From assembly GCA_965204345.1 (NCBI GenBank), contig OZ241981.1:1120001-1184000 (forward strand): 64,000 nucleotides of DNA. The letters run 5' to 3'. The translations under genes and the position numbers were made by a program. Of this stretch, positions 26,348 to 36,072 are shown one piece after another. This DNA is from Nitrosopumilus sp. (GTDB lineage Archaea; Thermoproteota; Nitrososphaeria; Nitrososphaerales; Nitrosopumilaceae). Each line of letters begins with the position of its first letter. Position 1 is the stretch's first letter. The notes beneath the pieces were generated by a model that saw only the letters and a list, made by a program, of their open reading frames with translations, ran no database searches and was not told where the DNA came from.

Positions 26348-28447
26348 TTGGGAACAGCCGATCTAAAACTAGGAACCATAATTTTACCAAGAAGTGAGTC
26401 TCCTAAAGCAATTTCACGATTGACAGAGTTTGAATGGTATCACAAAATTGATTCTGCTGGCGACTTGGTGACGCCTGAAATCGATGATTTGTTACTAAGA
26501 GCGCAGCAGACTTTCCAATCAATTGATGATGTCATCAAAGGGATGGGAATTCCTCTAGAAGTGGGAATTATGGAAATTTTGTTCAAAGGAACTGTAATCA
26601 AGAAAAAAGATTATGAAATTAATGAAATTGAAGATATGGTTGAACAGCTAGACAAAGAGGCCCCATCAATTATTGACAAACCAGCACAATTGCTAGAAGA
26701 TGCAGCAGCTGCTAGGACATCCATTGAAGAATACAAGTCGCTCAAAGATACCTTAGAAGTAATCAAAAAATTGAAAATAAATATCTCAGGATTTGGATTA
26801 ATGAGGCACTTTTTTACGAATCTCTTTGTAATTAATTCTGCAGATTTTGATGAGATAAGCCGCTCTCTTGAGGATATTACAATTTACAAATACGATTTAG
26901 AGAACAAAGAAAAATCAGCAATATTAGTAATTTCTGATACAGCAGATTCTGAAAAAGTTCTCAAAGTTCTAAGAAGTTTCAATTCTAACACATTTAAAAT
27001 TCCAGAGGGCTTTCCTCAGATTCCTAGTGAGGCTTATGCACTAGCAGAATCGAAAATCAAAGAACTAGTTGCAAAACAAGCCTCAATTAAAAAAGAGTTG
27101 AGAGCAATAACAAAGAAAATTAGACGCGATATTTTATCATTGCATGAAAAAGCACAAGTTGCAAAAGATGTCCTTGAGACCTTGAGAAAGCCTGGAGGAA
27201 CCAAACACTTTGCAGTGATTCAGGGTTTTATTCCAAAGAAAATGGAAGCAAAGTTTGCCGATTCAACAAAACAATGGATGTCAGTTGTAGAAGATATTAC
27301 TGATCCTAAAATAAAAGAAGAGATTCCAACTTTATTTGACAACAAGCGATTTGTTAGAACTTTTGAAGTGATTACAAAGAGTCAAGGAATTCCAAAGACG
27401 GGAGAACCGGATCCAACTCCCATGATTGCTCTAATGTGGCCAATTTTCTATGGATTGATGTTTGCAGATATGGGTCATGGATTGTTACTCATGGGATTAG
27501 GTTTACTCTTCAAGTTTAAGGGACAGGGAGAACTGTCCAGATGGGGAATGCTCATTGCAATCTCTGGTGCATCAGCAGCTATAGCGGGCGTAGCAGCAGG
27601 TGAAGCGTTTGGTTTCCACCTTGATCATATGGGTCCATTTGAGGGACTGCTAAAGGAAGGCGGGGCACTACATTCAGTGAGTTGGATAGTCGGTATTCTC
27701 AGTGTTGCCGAATTGACGTTTGAACAGGTAATCAACATCCTCAAAGTTTCATTATTCATTGGAATTGTTCACTTGGTTTGGGCAATGTCTCTACGCGTAA
27801 TTAGGTTACTAAAGGAAGGACACAAAATGGTAGTCTTTACTGAGGCAATTCCAAATATTACACTCTATGGCGGAATTGTTGTAATCATGATGTGTGCAAT
27901 TGGCTCACAATATGACGTGATGAACATGTATTCCAAGGTTCACACAGAATCTGTTCCTTGGGTTACAATGTTCCTTGGAGACTGGGCAGAGGTTTGGATA
28001 ATCACAAGAATTTCAGTTGTTATCATAATTGCATCAATGATCATTATGATGATTGGCGGTGTTATGCATGCAAAGAAACATCCCGAAGATGGAGCAGATC
28101 CTGCCAGTGTAATTATGGAGGTTCTCCTGGGTAAAACAGTTGAGAGTTTGGCTCACACAATTAGTTATGCCCGACTTGGAATTATGTTACTTGTGCATGC
28201 GGCTTTGTTATTGACGGTAAATAATGCGTTTACATCTCTAGGTGGTGTTGAATCAGGTGCTGCAATGGCTATGATTATTGGAGGAAACTTGGGAATCATG
28301 ATGATCGAGGGACTAATTGTGTATATTCAGTCTCTCAGGTTGCATTTGTACGAATTCTTTACAAAATGGTATGTAGGCGGTTCACAGCCATTTAGACAGA
28401 TTAGGCCAGAATTGATTTACAATCAATTCATTTGGAAGAAGAAATAA
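26348..28447 (+). CDS. atpI: A-type ATP synthase subunit I (a)
   Basis: DPTP, FYGLMFADMGHG, ISYARL, LRLHLYEFF. Confidence 0.96.
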   Translation: MGTADLKLGTIILPRSESPKAISRLTEFEWYHKIDSAGDLVTPEIDDLLLRAQQTFQSIDDVIKGMGIPLEVGIMEILFKGTVIKKKDYEINEIEDMVEQLDKEAPSIIDKPAQLLEDAAAARTSIEEYKSLKDTLEVIKKLKINISGFGLMRHFFTNLFVINSADFDEISRSLEDITIYKYDLENKEKSAILVISDTADSEKVLKVLRSFNSNTFKIPEGFPQIPSEAYALAESKIKELVAKQASIKKELRAITKKIRRDILSLHEKAQVAKDVLETLRKPGGTKHFAVIQGFIPKKMEAKFADSTKQWMSVVEDITDPKIKEEIPTLFDNKRFVRTFEVITKSQGIPKTGEPDPTPMIALMWPIFYGLMFADMGHGLLLMGLGLLFKFKGQGELSRWGMLIAISGASAAIAGVAAGEAFGFHLDHMGPFEGLLKEGGALHSVSWIVGILSVAELTFEQVINILKVSLFIGIVHLVWAMSLRVIRLLKEGHKMVVFTEAIPNITLYGGIVVIMMCAIGSQYDVMNMYSKVHTESVPWVTMFLGDWAEVWIITRISVVIIIASMIIMMIGGVMHAKKHPEDGADPASVIMEVLLGKTVESLAHTISYARLGIMLLVHAALLLTVNNAFTSLGGVESGAAMAMIIGGNLGIMMIEGLIVYIQSLRLHLYEFFTKWYVGGSQPFRQIRPELIYNQFIWKKK

Positions 28448-28484
28448 TTCCAAACTAATTTTTGTTGTGATAAAATTTCAGATT

Positions 28485-28682
28485 TTATTCCAATCCTTTT
28501 TCTAGTCTGATTTTTTTGATAACATCTCTAACTAATTCCTCATCTTTTGTGACTAGTTCTTGCAGTTTTTTCTTGTATTGGTCATCACCCCATTTTTCTA
28601 GAGCAAACATTTCTTTTACTAGTTTTACAATTTCAGACTTGTTTCTTTGATGGTCACGTTTAGCTATTTCTGAGCCATCCAT
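28485..28682 (-). CDS. Hypothetical protein (65 aa)
   Basis: Charged helical ORF filling the intergenic space. Confidence 0.65.
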   Translation of the reverse strand: MDGSEIAKRDHQRNKSEIVKLVKEMFALEKWGDDQYKKKLQELVTKDEELVRDVIKKIRLEKGLE

Positions 28683-28728
28683 AGTTTCTCTGAAAAAATA
28701 ACGAACTTAAGCATATTGGCATCTAAAA

Positions 28729-29523
28729 TTAGCTATTTTCATAAAGATTTACTGTAACTTTTGTAGTCAGTGGTTTTAGATTATCAGGAAACACAAGTAA
28801 TAAACCGCCATCCTTTTTGATATTGCTACAGGTACCACTATAGCTTAGTTTGTTTTGGGCATAACATCCTGATTCTTTGTAATAATCAAATTCAGGACTT
28901 GTAAATTGTTCTCGCTGCACGTGAGATGAAACAAAGTAAACATCAAAACCCAGATCTTTGTTATCTGTTTTTACGCTATAATCATATGATGTGATGTCTT
29001 GGGATGTACATATAGGAAAAAATTGGACATAGCCATTTTTGATTTTTGATTGTTGCTCTGAATTATCATAATTTTTATTTTCAATGTCAGGATATACAGA
29101 AACGTTTGGATCTGTACTGAGTTGTTGTCCTTGTACATATTCAATTTCATGCCTTACAGCATCCACTGCTTTTCTGTACAGCATTGGCGTCCATTCCTCT
29201 TGGCAATCACTAAATTCATGCTTTAATTCAACATAGGATTTGCCATTAATTTCGTGAATTTGATTAGTATTGTATTCTTTAGACTTTGCATCAAATACAT
29301 GATTTACGTTGTTAGTTTTATCTGATTTATGCCAAGTGTTAGTTACATCAAAAATAATATTTTTTGAGTCACTTTGCCACTCAGGTAGCAAGTGAACATA
29401 TACGGAATATTTGTTTATCACTTGCTGAGTTTCAGAAACAAAAATCAAATGACCATAAAATGCATTTACAAAAATTATTGAAAAGGCAATAATTGGAATT
29501 ATCGCATAGAGAATTTTGTTCAT
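28729..29523 (-). CDS. Hypothetical membrane-anchored extracellular protein
   Basis: N-terminal TM, four Cys in the soluble domain. Confidence 0.75.
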   Translation of the reverse strand: MNKILYAIIPIIAFSIIFVNAFYGHLIFVSETQQVINKYSVYVHLLPEWQSDSKNIIFDVTNTWHKSDKTNNVNHVFDAKSKEYNTNQIHEINGKSYVELKHEFSDCQEEWTPMLYRKAVDAVRHEIEYVQGQQLSTDPNVSVYPDIENKNYDNSEQQSKIKNGYVQFFPICTSQDITSYDYSVKTDNKDLGFDVYFVSSHVQREQFTSPEFDYYKESGCYAQNKLSYSGTCSNIKKDGGLLLVFPDNLKPLTTKVTVNLYENS

Positions 29524-29609
29524 TTCTTATCTACAAAACCACTAAAAGATAAACATCGTCATTTTGGGGATTAAGAAGATCATTTTATGCCTAAACATGC
29601 CTAAGAGAG

Positions 29610-30386
29610 TCATTTTTCCACAGGCAGATCTAGCTTATTTCCCCATTCACCCCAAGAACCCAGATAGACACGGACATTTTCAAATCCCAATTTTTTCAAA
29701 ACCAGAAAGGAATTGGCAGCCCTATAGGCCCCCTGACAGTATGTTACAATTTCAGAGACTTTTGGATAATCATACATCTGAGACAGTTCGTCATCATTTT
29801 TGAGAGTGCCATCCTCATTGAGATTTTGATTCCAATCAATATTGATAGAATTTGGTATATGACCGGATTGCGCTGCACGAACTATACTTCCATCATATTC
29901 TCCAGCAGAACGGGCATCAAAGATTTTCAAATTATCTAGATTGTCTCTAATATTCTCAAATCCTGAAATAATATCAGGATTAACTTTTCCTAAAAATTTA
30001 GATGGTTTGAACCCATTTGGTTTTGTTTCAGTGGGAAGGTTTTCTTTTTTCCATTTTGTAATTCCACCATCTAACATGAAGACATTTTGATGTGAAAAAT
30101 ACATCAGCATCCAAACACCTCTAGCTGCCAGCATTCCTGAAATCGAATCATAGAAAATAACTTTCTTCTCTGAGGTTACCCCAAGAAACGAAAGTAAATT
30201 TTGGGATTGATTATTGAAATTTTTGATTCCTTCTTGAGTTGTGTCAATCCAATGAAATGCAAACAGATCCAAATGAACAGCACCCGGAATATGACCATCA
30301 GAATATTCTTTGAAAGAACGGGTATCAGCTATTATCACATTAGGATCATTTAGAATAAGATTTAGTTCATTTGTAGATATTATCAT
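29610..30386 (-). CDS. Tandem rhodanese-domain sulfurtransferase
   Basis: GHIPGA, LDGG, DAR, GHIP, YCQGAYRAA, YLGSWGEW. Confidence 0.93.
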   Translation of the reverse strand: MIISTNELNLILNDPNVIIADTRSFKEYSDGHIPGAVHLDLFAFHWIDTTQEGIKNFNNQSQNLLSFLGVTSEKKVIFYDSISGMLAARGVWMLMYFSHQNVFMLDGGITKWKKENLPTETKPNGFKPSKFLGKVNPDIISGFENIRDNLDNLKIFDARSAGEYDGSIVRAAQSGHIPNSINIDWNQNLNEDGTLKNDDELSQMYDYPKVSEIVTYCQGAYRAANSFLVLKKLGFENVRVYLGSWGEWGNKLDLPVEK

Positions 30387-30426
30387 AGTTTACACAAGAT
30401 GATCAACTCTAAATTGATTTGGATTA

Positions 30427-30446
30427 AATAAAAAGAAGAAAAGAAG
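30427..30446 (-). terminator. Oligo(T)/pyrimidine-rich archaeal terminator after amt
   Basis: Minus strand reads TTCTTTTCTTCTTTTTATTT just after the stop. Confidence 0.5.
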
Positions 30447-30454
30447 GGGTTTTT

Positions 30455-32017
30455 CTATTCGTTAACGTATGCTCTTTCGCCATGCTGTGCCAAATCAAGA
30501 CCAATCTCCTCTTCTTTAGGAGTGACCCTGATTCCACCAGGCCATACGGCATCCATTACTTTGAGGATTACAATTGTAACACCAAAGGCATAGCCTACTG
30601 CCATTGCGGCAGCAATGATGCTGATTGCTTGCTGTTCCATTCCTTCTGCTGTACCAGTCCATGCTCCGATACCGTCTCCAGTATCCCAAACGTGTGGGCT
30701 AGCTAATGTACCAGTCAAAATTGCACCTGTAAGACCACCCATTCCGTGTACTCCCCATACATCTAATGCGTCATCCCATTTGCGTGCACTCTTGAAAGCG
30801 ATACTTGCATAACAAATTGTACCAGCTGCAATACCGATTATAATCGCAGCCATTGGACCTACCCAACCAGAGGCTGGTGTGATTGCTACCAATCCTGCTA
30901 CTGCTCCTGTTGCAGCTCCTACGACACTTGGTTTTCCTGTATGTGCCCAAGACATGAGCACCCAAGTGACTGCAGCCATACCAGTTGCTGTATTTGTAAC
31001 AGTCCATGCGCTGACGGTAATGCCGTCTACCATAACTTCACTTCCTGCATTGAAACCAAACCATCCAAACCAGAGTAATCCTGCTCCGAGAACTACCATT
31101 GGGATATTATGTGGTTCCATTGGCACTTTGCCGTATCCAAGACGTCTGCCAAGGACCAAGGCTCCAGCCAATGCTGCAAATCCTGAAGATATGTGTACTA
31201 CAGTACCACCTGCAAAGTCCAATGCATAAGATGGCGACAAGTCTGGATCGAGGTCAAGTGCACCTCCTCCTATGTAGCCTCCTCCCCAGACCCAGTGTGC
31301 GATTGGATCATAAACGAAGGTTCCCCACAAGAGTACGAATATGATGATTGCGCTGAATTTGATTCTGTCAATCAAACCACCAATAATTAGAACTGGTGTA
31401 ATGATTGCGAAGGTTGCTTGGAACATAGCAAAGAGTTGGTGAGGTACTGTACCTGGCCAATCTTGACTACACATATCGCCTTCCTTAAATTCATTCATCT
31501 GATAAGCTGCAGACCATGTATCGTGACACGGACCAACTTCACCTAACGGTGCCCAAGCTGATACCATGTTAAATCCAACATAATCCAGGTTACCCATGAA
31601 TAAGTTTGCATCAGAATCCACTCCACCAAATGCTAGTGAGTATCCCCATAGAACCCATTGTACTGACATTAGACCCATTACAATAAGGGTCATACCAAGT
31701 ACGTTGACGATGTTCTTTGATCTGGCTAATCCGCCATAAAAGAAACCGACACCGGGGGACATGAGTAGTACCATTGATGTTGCTGTAAGCATCCATGCTG
31801 TATCACCTGTGTCTATAAGACAAGGGAGCATGCCGCCATCGCCATCATCATACCAACATTCGCTAGGATTACCAGTGTAAATTCCACTGGTTCCTTTTAC
31901 ATATCCGTCCATACCGTCATCAACACTTTGTGCATATGCCTGAGACATAGCGCCAGTTGCTGTGATAGATACTGCGGCTACAAGTAATAGAGCATACTTG
32001 TAGTTCCTAGAATTCAT
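30455..32017 (-). CDS. amt: Ammonium transporter (Amt family)
   Basis: FQATFA, AHWVW, DFAGGTVVH, LWFGWFGFNAGS, DDALDVWGVHG, EEEIGLD. Confidence 0.97.
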   Translation of the reverse strand: MNSRNYKYALLLVAAVSITATGAMSQAYAQSVDDGMDGYVKGTSGIYTGNPSECWYDDGDGGMLPCLIDTGDTAWMLTATSMVLLMSPGVGFFYGGLARSKNIVNVLGMTLIVMGLMSVQWVLWGYSLAFGGVDSDANLFMGNLDYVGFNMVSAWAPLGEVGPCHDTWSAAYQMNEFKEGDMCSQDWPGTVPHQLFAMFQATFAIITPVLIIGGLIDRIKFSAIIIFVLLWGTFVYDPIAHWVWGGGYIGGGALDLDPDLSPSYALDFAGGTVVHISSGFAALAGALVLGRRLGYGKVPMEPHNIPMVVLGAGLLWFGWFGFNAGSEVMVDGITVSAWTVTNTATGMAAVTWVLMSWAHTGKPSVVGAATGAVAGLVAITPASGWVGPMAAIIIGIAAGTICYASIAFKSARKWDDALDVWGVHGMGGLTGAILTGTLASPHVWDTGDGIGAWTGTAEGMEQQAISIIAAAMAVGYAFGVTIVILKVMDAVWPGGIRVTPKEEEIGLDLAQHGERAYVNE

Positions 32018-32144
32018 TAAATTTATCGAAATTGAAAATTATTTAAGCATTCGAGACCCGAAAGCATGTCAAAAAGTAAATTGTTATATTTTAGTATATT
32101 TTGATAGTAACATAAAAGATGAATATTATGATAAGGGTGATTAG

Positions 32145-32813
32145 ATGAAGGTAAAATCAAATACAAAATTAGCAATTTTTGATACATTCAAAACAAAAGA
32201 CAATCATCTAACCGGAGAAGCAAATAGGCAAAGAGCGATCATCGCCATACTTGGAAGTAATGCAAATCCGGCAGAAAGAACAAGGACCGGAATATCCCAA
32301 AGAATAGCAAAAAAGGCAGATATTACATGGAAGAATATCTACTCAGGAATATTTCGCGATCTAGATGAGATCTTACTTCCTATTGGAATTGCAGAAGAGG
32401 ATGGCAGATTACCTTTGAAAAGAGGTCCAAAAGCCTTACAGGAAAAAGGCATCCCATATTATCATTTAACTAAAAAAGGGATTTTGGTAGCTATATCAAT
32501 CGATGAGTGTAAAAACAGAGAAGATCTTCTAAGCAGGTTTTTTGCCAAGGCAGAACCAAAAGAGAAAGAATTTGAGAAGGTTCTCTCCAGTCTTTTAAAG
32601 ACCAGTCCTATTTTCACATATTCAATTTTTCAGAAATATGTAAAGGCTTTTTGTGAAAATAAAATCAAGGAATTACTTCCATTTGATCTCTCAAAATTAC
32701 AGGATATTTCAGATGAATCATTGGTTATTCAGAAAGAAATTCTTTCTGCTTTTGCCAAGCTATCAAAGCAGGAAAAAGACGAAGCTATCATATTTTTGGA
32801 TAAAATTACTTAG
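32145..32813 (+). CDS. Putative winged-helix DNA-binding protein, divergent from amt
   Basis: HTH-like segment followed by a wing (YYHLTKKG). Confidence 0.6.
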   Translation: MKVKSNTKLAIFDTFKTKDNHLTGEANRQRAIIAILGSNANPAERTRTGISQRIAKKADITWKNIYSGIFRDLDEILLPIGIAEEDGRLPLKRGPKALQEKGIPYYHLTKKGILVAISIDECKNREDLLSRFFAKAEPKEKEFEKVLSSLLKTSPIFTYSIFQKYVKAFCENKIKELLPFDLSKLQDISDESLVIQKEILSAFAKLSKQEKDEAIIFLDKIT

Positions 32814-32866
32814 AATTTGCTCCTAGGAACAGATCGCCAAACATTAAAATCAGTTGTCTAAAGAGA

Positions 32867-33913
32867 TTGATCGAAATGGGCGGCTCAAAGAATGTCTATG
32901 CTTCTGTAAAAGCATACAGCAAACGGGGCAAATTACTTACACGTGCTGATTTCCAAACCCTTGCAGAATCTAGAGATTTGGAGGAATTGATGACTAGAAT
33001 CAAAAACACAGTATATGGAGAAGCTGTAGCAGATGTCCAAAAACCATACACATCACAAAATATTGAATCAGCACTTAGAAGTAAATTGGCAGATATTCAT
33101 TATTCCATTGCAAAGACATCCGGAAATTCAGGTGTTTTGGATGCGTATTATATGAAATTTATCGTTTCAAATTTAAAATTAATTTTAAAAGGCAAAATAT
33201 TAGGAAAATCTCAAGAGGAGATTGAATCTCATGTTAATCTTCACGCTGAAGAATTAATCAAACAAAGGGACATAATTGTTAAAGCACTAGTTGCAAAGGA
33301 CTTTGAGGAAGCAGTTGCAAGTTTGAATTCAGTTCAGTTTGCAGATGAGATTGCAAAGGCTGCCGCACTATACAATGAAAAGAAGAACCTTCAAATTTTT
33401 GATACATATTTTGATAAAATATTATTCCAACATCTAGATGGCGCAATGAAAAACTATGCGGATAAAGAGGCGACAAAAGTAGTTTCAATGGATATTGACT
33501 TTTACAACATTCTAAGTGTAGTTAGAGGCAAGTTCTGGGGATTACAAGAAGAACAAATTCAAGATTTGATAATTGGTACTAGCCCACCGGCTAAAGAGCT
33601 GCTTGGAAGAATGATGGCAGCAGCTACGGTAAGAGATGCATTTAATGAATTGTCAAGTACAAAATACAAGGATTTAGTCCCACAAGTAGAAGATGAACTA
33701 GATGCAATTGCTAAATTTGAAAGGGCTTTTGAATTATCAATATACAGTTCATCATTAAGATCGTTTACAAAGATGTTTAGTTTTGCAACAATTGTTGGAA
33801 TTACAAAATTAACTTCATTTGAGATTAGAAATCTAGCAGCAATTGCTTTTGCAGTAGAACAAAAAATTGCGACTGAAACTACAATGTCAAAGTTAATTCT
33901 AGAAGAAGAATAG
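32867..33913 (+). CDS. atpC: A-type ATP synthase subunit C
   Basis: GKLLT, NLKLILKG, IDFYNI, EIRNLAAI; start probably the ATG at 32876. Confidence 0.9.
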   Translation: MIEMGGSKNVYASVKAYSKRGKLLTRADFQTLAESRDLEELMTRIKNTVYGEAVADVQKPYTSQNIESALRSKLADIHYSIAKTSGNSGVLDAYYMKFIVSNLKLILKGKILGKSQEEIESHVNLHAEELIKQRDIIVKALVAKDFEEAVASLNSVQFADEIAKAAALYNEKKNLQIFDTYFDKILFQHLDGAMKNYADKEATKVVSMDIDFYNILSVVRGKFWGLQEEQIQDLIIGTSPPAKELLGRMMAAATVRDAFNELSSTKYKDLVPQVEDELDAIAKFERAFELSIYSSSLRSFTKMFSFATIVGITKLTSFEIRNLAAIAFAVEQKIATETTMSKLILEEE

Positions 33914-33924
33914 GATTTTAGGAT

Positions 33925-34158
33925 ATGTTCAATTTTCCAAAGAAAAATGAGGTTTCTATAGAAATATTAGTCAAACTTGTATGGGTTAGTTCATTTTTAG
34001 CCATGATTTTTGCACTTCCCCCACTAGCGGTATTTTTAGGAATTTATTTCATGACAGGAGAACTCATTATCGGGGCAGTTATTGGTTTTGGCCTTCATTT
34101 TGTAATACTAGCCTTTTCTGGTAAGATTTCAAGAGCCGTAACCAAAATTGTGAGCTAA
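33925..34158 (+). CDS. Small two-TM hypothetical protein
   Basis: Two hydrophobic segments; 11 bp after atpC. Confidence 0.7.
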   Translation: MFNFPKKNEVSIEILVKLVWVSSFLAMIFALPPLAVFLGIYFMTGELIIGAVIGFGLHFVILAFSGKISRAVTKIVS

Positions 34159-34190
34159 GTATAAGAACTCAAAAAAGTAGAAGAAGTATC

Positions 34191-34841
34191 ATGATGGGTG
34201 ATAGGGATTTCCGAAATATTGTTGAAAATGCATTAGACTCTATTGGAAAAGAGTTGGAGATGGACATTGATTCGGCAGATATTCAGACCATACATCTGCA
34301 TGAGGTAGTTCAATGCCTCAGACGCTCATATTATGATAGAATTGATCCTCGAGAAATTCAAAGAAGAGGATTCAATGAACTCCTGTCAGGGTTACTTAGA
34401 AAGTTACAATACGGAAGTGACCCAAAAGAATTTGCCATTGATGATATCCGACTAAGGGGTCAGATAGATATGCTTGTTGATGATTATATCTTCTTATTTA
34501 GAGGGACAGCAGATGAACTAGAAAACCCTCAAGCAAATGACGTTCTTTATCTTAATGCTTGCATGTGGATTTATGATAAACCAGATGGAATTATTGTATA
34601 CATTACTGGAGATAGAAAGGAAACAACATTTTCAATTTCACGAAATAAAAAAATGTTTGAAGAAGTAGTCAGACGGGTAAGAGTTCTAAGCGATCTTCTA
34701 AAAGAACAAAAAACTCCTATTTTAGAGCCATCGGCTGAATGCTCTGAATGTCAATATTATGAAAGATGTTTTATGAAAAAGAAGAATGCCAAACAGCTAG
34801 ACCTATCAGAAATGTTAGGGTTTGGCAAAAAGAACGACTAG
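34191..34841 (+). CDS. Solo Cas4-like PD-(D/E)xK exonuclease family protein
   Basis: CLRRSYY near the N-terminus, GQID, C-terminal CSECQYYERC (1+3 Cys Fe-S staple). Confidence 0.8.
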   Translation: MMGDRDFRNIVENALDSIGKELEMDIDSADIQTIHLHEVVQCLRRSYYDRIDPREIQRRGFNELLSGLLRKLQYGSDPKEFAIDDIRLRGQIDMLVDDYIFLFRGTADELENPQANDVLYLNACMWIYDKPDGIIVYITGDRKETTFSISRNKKMFEEVVRRVRVLSDLLKEQKTPILEPSAECSECQYYERCFMKKKNAKQLDLSEMLGFGKKND

Positions 34842-34882
34842 TAAAAAATTAGAAAAATGTTGTGAAGGAAAAATTCCTTTGT

Positions 34883-34993
34883 TTAATCTAGTGGTTCTGG
34901 ATGTCCTTTACCACGAAGAGCGAAACACACTACTGCAAGTGCAATTGCGACTCCTGCTGCTGCGCCAAATGCGGCCATACTTGCTTCTGCCAT
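34883..34993 (-). CDS. 36-aa single-TM microprotein
   Basis: Not in the track. MAEASMAAFGAAAGVAIALAVVCFALRGKGHPEPLD; TATA box about 25 bp upstream and T-tracts downstream. Confidence 0.7.
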   Translation of the reverse strand: MAEASMAAFGAAAGVAIALAVVCFALRGKGHPEPLD

Positions 34994-35017
34994 TTGATAA
35001 AAAACAATAAAACGGGC

Positions 35018-35025
35018 TTTTATAA
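35018..35025 (-). promoter_or_regulatory. TATA box for the 36-aa microprotein
   Basis: TTATAAAA on the minus strand 25-32 bp upstream of the ATG, preceded by purine-rich BRE-like CAAAG. Confidence 0.55.
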
Positions 35026-35091
35026 CTTTGCCAATATTTCTTGTCTAAAAACATATTATCACAATTTCAAGATTTTGTGATACTGTCTAAT

Positions 35092-35646
35092 TTATTTTGT
35101 AAATTCAAAATGAAGTTGATTTTCTTGACCACTAGTCATTGAGCTTAGATTGTAAAAGACATCACCAGATACCCTCCATGATGCGGTGTCATCCTCAAAT
35201 GCCTTCCACAAATCTGCTGTGTTTCCAGAATTTTTTATTGTCTTAGAATCTCTGAGAATAATTGAATTTTCGCCCAGTAATGTATAGTAGTTTGATCCAA
35301 ATTCTACCATTCCTTCTGGCCTACTGCCTATTTCACCACCCGTAATTTGCTCAGTTTCAGAGTAATTTGTTTCAAACAACTGATAATCCATTGTTTGAAC
35401 AATCATTGCACGTGGGTTTGGATTAGATAATTTAAATGCCAAATCAATAGTCACTGAACGCTCTGATATTTTGGCAATTGAAATGTCTTCTAATTCAATT
35501 TGAACAGACTGTGTTTGGGGAATGCCCTGAATTTGAGGTGTATTATCTTGTGTAGGAATAACAACTGTGGGTCCTGTTAAAAGAATGCCTCCTAAAATGA
35601 CTACCAATACTGCAACTGCTGCTGCAACGAAAATTTTGGGATTCAT
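35092..35646 (-). CDS. Membrane-anchored LEA_2/WHy-like domain protein
   Basis: N-terminal TM; FKLSNPN...MDYQL. Confidence 0.7.
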   Translation of the reverse strand: MNPKIFVAAAVAVLVVILGGILLTGPTVVIPTQDNTPQIQGIPQTQSVQIELEDISIAKISERSVTIDLAFKLSNPNPRAMIVQTMDYQLFETNYSETEQITGGEIGSRPEGMVEFGSNYYTLLGENSIILRDSKTIKNSGNTADLWKAFEDDTASWRVSGDVFYNLSSMTSGQENQLHFEFTK

Positions 35647-35697
35647 GATTTTGTATTTCCTCTTGATATCTTAAATGTTGAGATAGTTATTATACCA

Positions 35698-36072
35698 TTG
35701 CAAGAAGAAAAAATTATGCAGTATTTTCAAGCAGTACAACAAGGAAAACAAAGAGCAAGCAAATCACAAATGAAGATGTTTGATGTGGCAGGATTTGGTA
35801 TGTTAACTTTGACTACTAAGAAAATTGATGGAAAATTTTATCCTGTTGGGGAGGAAGAATTTACCGCTGTTATAGATTCAGCAGATGGACATGTTGCAGT
35901 TATAGTAGATAAAGATGGGTTTACAAAGGCTCAATCAAAGGCTGTGGAAAAGGAAGAAGCCATCTCAATTTACAAAAAGCTCAGAGAAACAGGGATTTTA
36001 GAATACCCTGAAAAAGAGATTCAGATTTGGTCTGAAACTAGACGGACAATTCAAAACAATACCTCTGAATAA
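35698..36072 (+). CDS. Hypothetical protein
   Basis: 124-aa ORF filling the space, no recognised motif. Confidence 0.7.
   Translation: MQEEKIMQYFQAVQQGKQRASKSQMKMFDVAGFGMLTLTTKKIDGKFYPVGEEEFTAVIDSADGHVAVIVDKDGFTKAQSKAVEKEEAISIYKKLRETGILEYPEKEIQIWSETRRTIQNNTSE

Noticed and set aside
21954-31796. Many 60-124 aa ORFs opposite the atp, rhodanese and amt genes
   Set aside because: Shadow ORFs expected from the codon bias of conserved genes; no motifs.
34191-34841. CRISPR-Cas locus around the Cas4-like gene
   Set aside because: No repeat-spacer array, cas1, cas2 or effector genes in the window.
34822-35010. 62-aa + strand ORF from the track
   Set aside because: It is antisense to the 36-aa TM peptide, which has a TATA box and more protein-like composition.
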